Source of the DNA: Asterionella formosa | Lineage: Eukaryota | Direction: 5' to 3' | NCBI GenBank assembly: GCA_002256025.1 | Contig: NKIB01013883.1 | Coordinates: forward strand, 1-50,192 | Length of the DNA stretch: 50,192 bases | Part shown: one piece after another, positions 38,620-50,192 of the stretch | Layout: each line of letters begins with the position of its first letter | Position numbering within the stretch: position 1 is the first letter of the stretch | Translations under genes and position numbers: made by a program | Notes under the pieces: generated by a model | The model's input: only the letters and a program-made list of their open reading frames with translations | The model's database searches: none | What the model was told of the DNA's origin: nothing

Positions 38620-41600
38620 GTAGTAGTTGAAACAGACAAGTCAAATGAATCTTGTTTGTGTCTCCAAATTAGTCCAGTCATGACCTTTTTGGGTCTAGTC
38701 ATGAACATGAGTCAATCTTTACTCATACATGAATCAATCTTTGAATCTTGTCATGAACATGAGTCGATTTACTCATATATGACTTAGTTTTTTTTGGTTT
38801 GCAAAAAGTTAATTCTATAAGCTCACTTTATTTGGAAATACCAACAATAGAGTCAGATCTATCCTACAACATTCTCCTAAATTCACCGTGATCCTTTGAT
38901 CCACTGCCTAGCACCTACGTTGCTGAGTATATATTTCGATATATATACTATTCCTCAATAAGTCGAACTCCTTTCAGGTTAATCTACGACTTCTCTTTCA
39001 AGTGGTTATGAGCCTAAAACGCTTATATCTGCGCATTCCTCAGTTGGTTTCTCCTGCTCCTTTGTTCCCAGAGCTATTTTCTAAAACCAGTTCATTTTCT
39101 TGTCCCAGTGACAGTGTCAAACTTCTTTCAGCTAACTTCATTGCATATTCTTTCATTGTTACCTGGTATTGCCCCTTGAGACAATTGCCCGGTCCTTTTT
39201 TTTCTTCTCTCTTTCTTCTTTCGGCAAGCTTCTTCATTGCATTTTCTTTCATTGTTACCCGGCATTGCCCCTTGAGACAATCGCCCAGTACTTTTTTAAA
39301 TCTCTCTTTCTTTTCTTTATTAACCAGTATTGCCCACTGAGACAATTGCCTGGCCTATTTCTTTACTTTACTTCACTCTCTTCTTTTATCACTGCTTTCT
39401 TATCTTTCCCATACACTCCCACTTCCTTGCAATGTCAGTATCCACTACTATTACTACTATTCTACCTACCAAGTTTGGCCAAGTGACCACTGGTACTGTT
39501 GTCAAATGATACTCTGGTGGTCAACTGAATGATGACTTTACTATCACCAAGAAACCAATGTGGTCTCCTTACCAGATCCGTTCAGATGATTCCAGGGACA
39601 TCAAGACTGCATTTGAGTTTCTTACTCAAAAACTTGAAAAGGTATACAATGGCCCCAATGGTGACCCTAACAACAATCTCACTCTTGCTCAGCTCTGCAC
39701 TCTTATTTACAATGATACAGAGACTGGCAGTGTGGACGTAGTGTGGACACTTTCCTCTATGCCCCTGACAGTTCTGGTAAAGTTTGGTTTATGACCAGAA
39801 ACCATACTTGACTTACTTTTGAAGAGACAAAGAAATATGTTGATCATTGTATTGGTCTCGAGACATTCACACCAGACATTGATACTAAAACTGGAAATCT
39901 CACACCTGATTCTCTTACCAAGTCACAACAGATTTTTGATGATCAGGCATTGGATGATTCTTCCCACCTCTGGCGTCTGATTGTTTCCTACATTTCCCCA
40001 AACCTCTTAACAGGTCTCCTTGAATGTCTCGAAGATTATGGCAATCGTGGTCCAGGCCTCCTCCTCTGGATGGCCTTAATGGATGAAGTCACCTCTGGTT
40101 CACCTCAGGCAATGGATAGCATCTTGGAAAATTTTAAGAAGATCCAACTTTCTGATTACCCTGGCGAAAATTTCCGCCTCATGGTCCATGATATTCAAGA
40201 TATTCAAGCTTCATTTAACCTAATAAAGAGTGGACAGTGTCTTCCTATCACTACCTCCAGCATTGTTGCTACCAAGCTCCTACTCTGTCAAGTTGAGGAA
40301 TTTTGTGCTGTCTTCTATACAATCTCTGTCAAGATTGATGCTGAAGAGCGGGGTCTCATGGGTAAAGATAATGCTGCCCTTGACAGATTCCAAGCTACAA
40401 CAAGTGGTGTCAAGATGCTTCTTGATATGGCACTCACTCAGTACAAAAGTCTCATTGACAATGGACGATGGCCACCTTCCCAAACTGTTCTAAAGAAGCA
40501 GTCAGATTCCCTACCAGATGCATTCCAGGCTACAGTTTTTTCCTAATACTTTTCAAGCCCTTGCTGATGAATTTAAAGCCCTCCGCAAAGATTTTGAGAC
40601 CAAGCCTAGTGGGGCTGGCCAAGACCTCTCTGAAACTACTTGCTACAAGTGTGGCAAAATTGGTCATCTTTGTCCTAACTGTCCTGACAAGACAACCACT
40701 TACCCTGAGAACTCTTGGCAAAATGTTCCTCCTACTGATGGAAAGTTTTCAATGACCAAAGATGGTCGTCAGTGGCATTGGTGCAACAAATGCCATGGCG
40801 GGGAAGGGAATTGGTCTACTACTCATGGCACTGAGACTCACAAAGGGAGTCCCAAAACTGTTACCTTTACTGCTGCTGCCAACCTAGCTGGAGTTGCCAA
40901 GGAGACTCCAGCAGAAGGTGGTGTTTTGATGTACAATCCTGCTGGTTTTGTTGCTTCTTGCTATGACCATGATTTCGATTGGTCGTCAATTGAACCTCCT
41001 GACTTAACTCATCATCATCTTTCCCTTGAGAAAGATGAATTTTTTCAGTTTGGCTTTGGCATCCATTCCAATAGTGTTGTCAATCCAATGTCTCCATCTG
41101 ACTTGGACTTACACTTTCACCACTCCTCTATTGTTGCCTCCTCATCTGGTTTGTTCTTCTTCAGCCTCCTACTGCCCACTGTTTGTGCTCCCACTCTGAA
41201 TCGATGACACATTATGACTGGTGCCCAAGTGTCTTTCTCATCAATGAAGGACCTTCATTGGCATTCCTGGATTCCAATGACATCACTGGACTTTTTCTGT
41301 CATCTGGGACACTGGTGCCACTCGTCCTGTCAGTGGGTACACTGGTGACTTTATTGGCCCAATGATTATTCCCTCTACTCCTTTGTTACTTGGCGACATC
41401 GCCTCTGGTCTGGTTTTTGAAGGAATTGGAACTGTCAAATAGTCTTTCTATTCTGATAATAGCACCCTCCTTACACTTCATTTAAAGGCCTTTTATGTCC
41501 CTACCTGCAAACAACGCTTGCTTTCTCCCCATAAAATCTTTTGTCCTACTGAAAATGTCCATGGTACTTTTGTGATCTTTTCAGCAATGCCCAACTCTTA

Positions 41601-44295
41601 CTTGATGACTCCCCCATTCTCACTGTTCCCTATGACCCAATGAATGGGCTACCAACCAGCCAAGCTATCCTCCTAGCTACATCATGGCGCGTCTTCCCCT
41701 CAAGTTAACTTGTGTGTCACAGAGGAGATAAACCAAAATCTCACAGAGGCTCAAAAGGAATATCTTCATTGGTATTTTCGTCTTGGACATCTTAATTCTA
41801 ATATTATTCAATGGCTTCTTTGTCAACCTTCTTTTGGAAACAGTCATAAGGTCCGTGCTACTGCCCATTACACTCCACCTAAATGTGCAGCTTGTGAATA
41901 TGGCAAGTCCCATCGTCGTCCTCTTGCATCTACCCTCTCTACACCTTCACCTGAGAGGGAGGGAGCTACAAAATTTGATGATTTATTCCCAGGTTCAGGT
42001 GTCTCAGTGGATCATTTGAATCAAAGGTGCCGGGTCGTCTATACACCTCACGAGGTAAATCACAACTTGCCTCAACTTATGAAGGCGGTTGTATTTTTGT
42101 TGACCATGCATCTGAACTACTTTATGTCCGTCATCAAATCAGCTTTACTTCAGAAGAGACCATTCATTCGAAAATTCATTTCGAAAATTGGGCATCCAAT
42201 CAAGGTGTCTTAGTTCAAAAATATACTACTGATAATGGCATTTTTGGCGCTTGCGAATTTACCAGTGAAATTTCTGCCAAAGGTCAAATTGTGAAATATT
42301 GTGGGGTTGGAGCTCATCATCAAAATGGTACTGCTGAACGTAGCATTTGTACAGTCTCAAACATGGCTAGAGTAATGATGCTCCATGCCTCCCTATAATG
42401 GCCAGAATTGCTGATGCTTCCCTCTGGCCCATGCCTGTTGACTATGCTGTCCATGTATACAACCATATGCCAAACCCAAAATCTGGTCAATCCCCCCTTG
42501 ATATTTTCACAAGTACCATTGTGCCTCGTCATGGAATTAAAGAATTTCATGTCTGGGGTTGCCCTTGTTATGTACTGGACCCCACTTTACAGAATGGTCA
42601 TAAACTCCCTCGTTGGCAACCTAAATCTTGTCGTGCGATCTTTATGGGAATCTCTCCTTCTCATAGTAGCAATCTACCCCTAGTACTGAACCTAAAAACA
42701 GGTACCATATCACCTCAGTTTCACATGGTTTTTGATGACTACTTTACCACTGTTATGTCCATCTCTGACTCTGATGATCCTCCAGGTCACTGGGAAATTT
42801 TATTTCATGAATCCCGGTTTCATACTGAATTTGATGAACACAAACAAGTTTCCTTACATGGTGATTGGTTAGCTTCCAGTGAACAAAATGACTTTCAAAA
42901 TCACAAACAGATGCAAGTAAAAATCTTACCTCATATGAATATACCTAAGGATAAATTGCCAACAAATAAGAGGGAGTTTCCTCTCCTGGTTCCTCTGCCT
43001 ACTGTGGTGCCTCCTTCAGCCCATAAAGAGCCTGCTGCAAGTACATCTACATCTGGCTCTGCTGTGGTTGTTCAGAGCCCTCCCCCTACTACCTATATCC
43101 ACCCAGTTGATGTTCAGGATATTCCTATGGCTGCTCATTCTACTGAACCAGCAATTCCTGGCCATGATCTGCCCACTATTTCTACCTCAAATTTACAGGT
43201 ACCTAAACTCCACCTGTTCACACAACTTCTATTAGCATGAAACCAACTGCAATTTCTACACCTTGCCGTAGTACCAAGACAAACTTCGGTGTGTTTGGTA
43301 CTCGTTATGTCCCTGAAGGCCACCTTGCCCATGCTTTCTTCTCCCAATTGGTTGAAGAATGTAACACCCATGGCTTTGACTCTCCTACCTGGCTGCTGTT
43401 ATGACAGATCCAACAACAGGTCTCTTGGAGTGTTCTAACCCACTTGTCTATGCTGCAATGGCACGTCGAAATAACCCAGATGATCCTAGATACCATGAAG
43501 CCATGGCTAGCATTGATCATGAATCTTTTAAAGCTGCGATGGTCACCGAGATTGTTGCTCTTACATCACAGAAAACCTGGACTTTAGTGACACGTCAATC
43601 AGCCAGTTCAGGGTAAAAATATCTTACCTGGCATTTGGGCTTTCAAACGTCAGTTGTTTCCAGATGGCAGCTTACGTAAATTCAAGGCTCGGTTTTGTGT
43701 ACGCAGAGATCTGCAAGTTGAAGGAGTGGAATTCTTTGAGACATATGCTCCGGTTGTCCAATGGTCCACTGTTTGTGCTTTACTGGTGATGTCCATTGTG
43801 TTAAACCTTGCGACTCAGCAAATCGATTTCAGTAATGCCTTCTGTCAAGCGGACATTGATGAAGAGGTATATTTTGAAATACCCAAAGATTTTGGTGATC
43901 CCAGGGGGAGAGACATGGTACTTCGGTTAAATAAATCATTGTATGGAACAAAACAGGCACCTAAGACTTGGTTCCTAAAATTGAAGGAATGTCTCGAGCA
44001 ACGGGGTTTCACACAGTCATTGTTAGACCCATGCCTTTTTATTCACGCTGACATGGTCTACCTGGTATATGTGGATGATTCGATTCTTATTGGTCGTGAT
44101 AGAACCAAGATTGATGCTATGATTGAAAATTTGGCTATTGACCTAGAATTGACTCGAGAGGGAGATCTAGCTGCTTTTCTGGGCATCCAAATCAACAAAT
44201 CAACTGAAAACGGTTCACTTAAACTTACGCAAGAGGGTCTGATTAAGCGTGTTCTGCAAGCTACTGGCCTCGAAGACTGTCGGGCTAGCCGATGG
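38620..44295 (+). mobile_element. degenerate, 3'-truncated Ty1/copia LTR retrotransposon (CoDi-like)
   Basis: Putative 5'LTR ends ...tttca (39000), followed by PBS ggttatgagcc. gag starts ~39432 with CYKCGKIGHLCPNC knuckle, then protease VIWDTGAT (~41299), HWYFRLGH...CAACEYGK, integrase (VSVDH, TDNGIF, QNGTAER) and RT (FKARFCVR, YAPVV, KSLYGTKQAP, YVDD). Many stops and frameshifts; no RNase H or 3'LTR. The LTR start is a guess. Confidence 0.93.
39004..39014 (+). promoter_or_regulatory. primer binding site complementary to the anticodon-stem region of initiator tRNA-Met (half-tRNA priming type)
   Basis: GGTTATGAGCC three bases after a CA, resembling the Ty5 / Drosophila copia type of PBS. Confidence 0.7.
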
Positions 44296-44299
44296 GCGC

Positions 44300-44735
44300 C
44301 CTGGAGGAGTTGCGGTAAAATACCGTGTTCACTATTGAGCAATCAAAGCTAAATTAATTTCTCATTGTCTTGGTATCATATGCGGTTTTTCTCGTTGGCC
44401 AGCAAAAAGCTAACAATTTTGGAGACTTGACTTCAGGAAATTCCATGCATTTCAACAAATCTTCTTACACATTTCCTTAAGGTTCCTGAAGTTTCATGAA
44501 ATTTCCTTCCGTTTCCTGAAAGTCACAGGCATTTCCTGAAATTCATAGGAATTTCCTGAAAGTCAAAGTCATATGCTGTGTGTTCTCGTTTTGGCATCTA
44601 GAAGAATTCCGCTATTTATTTCACTGAGTCGTGCTATGAATAGAAGATGTTTTTCTTTGTATGTATGATAAAATATGTCGCTGTCTGGTAACACGTTGAC
44701 CGTTTCAGGGAGATGACCGCAACTGCCCTTTCAGG
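44300..44735. mobile_element. ~435-bp TIR element at the copia truncation point
   Basis: cctggaggagttgcggtaa ... gaccgcaactgccctttcagg, with internal tttcctgaa repeats at 44440-44560. The TIR core is related to family A. Confidence 0.65.
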
Positions 44736-44737
44736 CA

Positions 44738-44838
44738 CAACAACGAGATGCGGTCATTTTTTGTAAATAAACAATTGAATATGGGATAAAGGCAGCTAAA
44801 TCCTTACCGTAGTTCAGCAAAATTACTGCAACTTGCAG
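44738..44838. mobile_element. degenerate family A MITE
   Basis: gcggtcattttttgtaaataaacaatt...gggataaaggcagctaaatc...actgcaacttgcag. Confidence 0.7.
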
Positions 44839-44904
44839 ATACCCAGTTCCTGGTACTCGGGAGAACCACGTACCAGGTACCAGGTGGTAATAAAGCAAAA
44901 CATA

Positions 44905-45806
44905 CTGGAAGGTACGGTAACTGCGCGCGCCATCTTCGCGCTTTTTTGGTTTCAGCCTGCCTGAAGGGCTTTGTAAGTGCGACCGACCGTTGGAGTCGGC
45001 TGGCTGCCTATCCATGTTTGTCCTTTTAAGTATATTTAAATTATAACCGTACTTATTGATTTGGCGTTCACTCTTTAATAAACCCTCCAATTTGCTCACT
45101 ACACGAAAGTTTTGCTCATCGCTAATAGCATTTGCTCATTGCTCTGAGGAATTGCTCGTCGCTAAATAAATTTGCTCAGTACCTCAAATGGGAGGTCGTA
45201 AAATTGATGAGTTAACCAACAGTATAATACCGACATGGTCAATCTGATTTTACCAAGAGTTCTTGGGCGCAAAATATTTCCGATAAATACATAGGGTCAG
45301 GTTTTTGCTAGTACTAGGCCTACGGGGTATACCTCGTGGCCACTCATTCAGCCGAACAAATAACGGTCGTATAATTAACATTGCTCAATGACCGGTATTG
45401 CATGGAATTTACGATTGGTATTTAATTGTTGCTCTAATTCCGACAAATGAAGACGAAATTGTTTCAGCCTAAAAATTACGATGTTTTATTTTTTGCTCAT
45501 GACTCTTTGCTTTTGCTCTAACCATACTTTCGTTTTTGCTCTATCCCGAACTTTTTTGCTCAATCGCTAAATTTTTTGCTCACTATGCGAAAATTTTGCT
45601 CATTGCTTAAAAAAATTCTCACTGTAAGTTGGCTCGGTTTAGCAGTTAATACCTTTTCGTAATTAAGGTTATCATTTTAATTTACTTAAGAAAAAGCCAT
45701 TGACTAGAAAGTCAGCCGACTCCATCAGGCCGTTGTGGCTTCGATGCCCTGTAGGCGGGCTGAAACCAAAAAAGAGCGTAGAATGCGAAATTACCGCACC
45801 TTCCTG
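44905..45806. mobile_element. ~900-bp element with long (~100+ bp) imperfect TIRs (family B)
   Basis: ctggaaggtacggtaa...ttttttggtttcagcctgcct...tggagtcggctg vs cagccgactcca...aggcgggctgaaaccaaaaaa...ttaccgcaccttcctg. Internal tttgctca repeats. Confidence 0.85.
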
Positions 45807-47769
45807 ATATTGATACCACGCATAGAAGTCTACTACCTACAAAACGTGTACCGGTATACCACTGCGGTTAGCTACAGAGCCACTCCTTGTTCCGTATGCG
45901 TCTTAAAATTACATAGGTCCACCATCCACGGTAGATCGTAGAACTTACTATCATTATGAACAAGACTAATGTACCAGGTTAGTGATTAGCGGGGGCGCTC
46001 TGATGTTAAAAAATTATTATATCATTTGTATTATAACACAAATTTTTGTCCCCATAACCCCAAAATTTGTTTTTGTGTTGACCAAATTTGGTAAACCTGG
46101 TAGGCACTATATAAGTAGATATTTAGGCATGAATGACTACATATAATCTCCCGTAATATTTCAAGACTTGCTTGGTGCTCATACCCGAAATGGCTTGCTC
46201 TTACCAAAAATGATGTCAGAATGCATATACATATACATCAATCATCCTAAAGGTATTATCAATCCTCGTCTGCTTTCTGTTTTGTTGTGACCATGTCTTC
46301 TTGTTAAAAATACACCTGCAATACAGTCTTATTGGTCGCAGCCACTATCAATTCATGTGCATTGTCTGCACTGATTAATGACTATAAGGCGAAATGAAGA
46401 AACAGAGAACATTATATCATTCTGTACATTTGCTTGTTAGCTTTAATGTTACTACATCGTCAACATTGCCATAAACTAAAATACATTTGCTGTGCTTGTA
46501 AATGAAGATATTGTGTTCACCACAGACCTTTGTTACTGTAGCATCCTTTGTAAAAAGGCGTCTGCAGCATGGAACTTATTTTCCAGACAAAAAACAGTCC
46601 ACTGAATGTCTCCGCTGGTACCTTATCGTCTCCATCTACAAGTTGCAATACATTTGGATTTGCTGCCAATTTCTCTTGCAGCTGTTGTAATTGATTTTCA
46701 ATGTCATCAAAAACTGAATTGATTTCACCTCCGTCCCCATGGGAATGGATACGATCTTGTCTTTAAAAGTCGGGAATTAGTTGGCGGGCTTGCTGCCAAT
46801 CGCTCTTGCCTTTGCTGAGATTGATTTTCAATTTCATCGAAAACTTGATTGATTTCACCTCCATCGCTATGGGGATTGATAAGAACTCGTCGTTGAAAAG
46901 CATGAACAGGTTGGGCTCAGTCCATAGCATGGGCAAACAAACAATGCAAGTCCCTCTGACTGTCCTCATTTTGGAGTGAAAAGTCGCTCTTGGAGAGCAA
47001 TACCTCGTTGTGAAAGTTCTGTTGGCCTGATTTGACGATCAAAGGCTTGTTTCTTGAGAAAAGCTGAAACTTCAATTCAATGTCTCTGTCTCATGTTTTA
47101 AGTTCACTCATGGCATCATCCTTGTCATCAGGAGATGAGAGGTAAACCGACATGCTGTTCAGTGACTGACATTGGTGAAATTATGGAACTCATGTGGACA
47201 ATGAACAAGAGGCCGCATAACAAGCAAAAGCGTCTATGAATGAAAAATGCGTTATGCCTAAAATTTGTGCTTAATTGACGACTGCCCCAAAATTATCGCA
47301 GTATGACATATTGTTTTGATTGATCATCATTTATAACAAATTATTGATCACACAAAAAAGTTATTGATCCATAACTTTTCGCATGGTTGATCATAAACAT
47401 ATGTTTGCATGTTTATATACATAGTGTTCTTTTATCAAACAGTTTTTGTTGTTGTATCAGGTTGTGTTTCCTCAGTATAAAACATTCAATCTATTTATCT
47501 ATCAATGCACGCAAAAATTAATCGTTCCAACAATGGCGCCATCTTCAATACAGAACCGTTACTTTTTTATCAAGTAATGTTTCAACTTATGATCTAATGA
47601 TAACAACCGATCGATGAAGTCAATTGATCTATTGATCTAACATTTGGAGTGTTTGATCAAATAATACTAAGCTTTCGACCTTACGCATTCATTTATACAT
47701 ATCTAAACCAATCTTACTTTTTGTCCAACATATTATGATGTTCAATCAACGATCTAGAAAAGTCGAGTT

Positions 47770-48065
47770 ACATGTATTGCTACTTAATTTTATATCCTTT
47801 ATGCATGCAACATCCGTTCCCACTTCACATCCTTTAACAGAATGAGCACATAGAGGATGAGCGGGAAACTGAAAATACAAATGATAATCTTTTTGACAAT
47901 ATTCAGGATGGATTTTTGGTTGACAACGTGAATCATCATGACAATGTACGTACATTTCTTGATTTCAAGAATATTAGAATGAACTACATAAATGAAGGTA
48001 AGCGCTTTCAATTGCGAAACAATTTGATTGAGCACTTGTGGATTCAAAACGAGAACAAATGGTAG
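47770..48065 (+). pseudogene. C-terminal remnant of a Pong/PIF-type transposase
   Basis: Translates by hand to YILYACNI..., IEDER and FKNIRMNYINEGKRFQLRNNLIEHLWIQNENKW*, matching the (ACIILHNM)IVEDER and L-x2-DL-x-EH-x-W motifs of Pong-like transposases. Confidence 0.7.
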
Positions 48066-48183
48066 ATAATAACTTCATTCTAGATTAATAATTTTAAGTC
48101 TGTAAAATACAAGTTCTAGATTGACAATAATGAAATGAATAGTGTAATGTAATGTCACTATCATCAAACTAGCTTAATACTTT

Positions 48184-49200
48184 TTATGGTCCAGTCTCTA
48201 GAATCGAAACCTCATCATCAGTAGATGATGAACAAGAAGTTGAAACATCGATTTCAACTGAACTGCCTGACTCCAAAGAACCGGTCTTGGCTTTTTTGCG
48301 TGATGGTTTTGAACTATCCTCCATCTCCTTCATAGCAACAAACCACCTTTTGGCTTCCTCTGAATTAATATTAAGAGAGAAAATCTTTCTAAACATTCAT
48401 CACATTGCGTCTTCACCTTTTTTCCCAACATCTGCACATGCTTTTGTTCAATGACAAGCTGAGCATTTGCCAGCATCTTACTACATTTTGCTGCTTTCGT
48501 CCCCATGGGACGCACATCTAGTAAGAACTTAGGACCCGTTTTTGTGATTTGCTGCTGATCTCGGACATATCCACACCACCCACCCTTCCACTTTGGGGCA
48601 TCCTTCAAAATTCGCCAACACTCTTCGAACACGAATTCTCTACCCAGTTTCCTTCCTCTTCCTACTATTTTAAATAGCTCCTTGGCTTCTTCAAGGTATT
48701 TGTCGTCTGTACATCCTGACTTAGCAATGGATGTAACCTGTGAATAGAGGCCGCAAAAATTTGTCACATCTTGATTGATTGTTCCCCATCGAGGAGTGCA
48801 CACTGTTGAGGTGCGATCCTTGTTCCCATCTTGGATAAGCTCAACATAAATCTCGAATACACTGACTCAAAACTTGCTTGCTTTCTGACCAGTCCCAGTG
48901 ATTGCCTCTTCACTTGCTTCGTCCCCTTCCTTTTTCCACGTGACGCTGGAACCCATCATGACAACTTGTCAACAATCATCATTGAATGATGATTGTTGTT
49001 TTATGATGTTGACTCAATATGATGTCTGATATTTGGTCGATAAGGGGGTCATCCTCGACCAAGACCAAAGCATATTTGGTCTTGGTCAATGCGGTGGCTA
49101 AAATATTTTTGCTTTTTCGACTAACACAACGCATCATGACGTGTAATGACCCGCAACTTCAATTGGCTTGGTATTTGGTCAATGCGATGGCGATGCTCTA
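48184..49200 (-). pseudogene. PIF/Pong ORF1 (Myb/SANT + NAM-associated-like), frameshifted
   Basis: SEEAITGTGQKASKF*, RWGTINQDVTNFCGLY, KSGCTDDKYLEEAKELF, FVFEECWRILKDAPKW, RPMGTKAAK. Convergent with the transposase remnant. Confidence 0.8.
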
Positions 49201-49254
49201 AGTAGATTTGTGTTACTAGTCCAAATGCCTAAAATCACATACCGGTTGTAGCTA

Positions 49255-49485
49255 CCCGTGAGAAACTGCATTGACCCACTGTTTTATCCAACTCGTTTGA
49301 CTAATGCGACTAACAATCAGCTCGCCTCTCTCTGAAATTTGTTCGGAAGTATTGATGTCATAAGGCATTGGTACATTAGCATCCTGCTCCTAGTTAAATT
49401 AAATATCTGGTTCAGAAGACATTTATATTCATCTAGACGTAAAATTCAGTCTCAGTGGGTCAATGCAGTATATGAATTTTTTACT
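49255..49485. mobile_element. family C element end, reverse orientation
   Basis: ta|cccgtgagaaactgcattgacccactgttttatcc... is the reverse complement of ~27745-27981. Confidence 0.85.
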
Positions 49486-50192
49486 TCTTCATGATGAAAT
49501 ACAACTGACAGCAGTTTCAGCAACCCAGACAGAATTGAATGCCGCTATTTCGACCATCACACCAGCAGGACTGCATCTAAACAAAGGAATCACCAGCACT
49601 CTTCTTGGCAACGTTATTGAATACAGAAACACAGAGGATTCAAGGAATGGCATCAATCTTGATCAGGTGGCTCACCAACACAAAGAGTCGGTGCTATTGG
49701 CAATTACCCAATAGAAAAAAGTATTTATCGGAACTTCATGTGGCGGCTGGTACTGGGTACCACGACTGTCGTCGTTCACCTCATTTTTACGTATGCACTT
49801 GGTATGTCTATATGCATACATGTTCCTGTGTCGTCGTTGTTGTTCGAACACTGACTTGCAAGATCCTGGACGATTTAGCAATTCCCGCTCCAGCTATTGT
49901 CTTGCCATTCGGGTACTTCTAAGTAATTTTTAGTCTCTAAGTAATTTCTTAAGTAATTTTTATTTAAGGGCAATATGGGGAACATCGAATTTTTCGGCAA
50001 TAAAATTGCCGATTTTAGCATGACAACCAAAATAACGGTAATTTGCATGGAGATGGTACAACAAGCGTAAAACACACGAGAATGATTGTAACATGCAACA
50101 TCAATGAAAATCGAACATGATGTTTGGAGCAACCAAAGTATGAAATGCGATGTAATAAGTAGCATCAAATGAGAAATAGAAAAAATTGTTTT

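Overview
Eukaryotic genomic DNA, most likely a diatom or other photosynthetic stramenopile. This rests on short GT-AG introns, a signal peptide followed by an 'NG-FAP' plastid-targeting motif, and a Ty1/copia element resembling the diatom CoDi type. Eight host genes are supported: RPL18A (candidate C/D snoRNA in a 5'UTR intron), a plastid PDZ-PPR protein, a multi-pass membrane protein split by an in-frame TGA, an LSD1/KDM1-like amine oxidase with two extended PHD-type fingers, a PhoD phosphatase, PRA1, aspartyl aminopeptidase, and a heme oxygenase with six CP motifs. The intergenic space holds a decayed copia retrotransposon, PIF/Pong-Harbinger remnants, minisatellites and several TA-flanked terminal-inverted-repeat (TIR) element and MITE families with CC(A/T/G)G...C(A/T/C)GG ends. 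The most striking signal is a set of dense TA-CC(A/T)GG-TA / TA-CCGG-TA arrays (KpnI-rich) beside genes and inside repeats. They look like stacked transposon excision footprints that regenerate their own GTAC target, and one repeat copy carries such a motif as an insertion that two sister copies lack. All homology calls come from recognising motifs by eye, and repeat boundaries are approximate.
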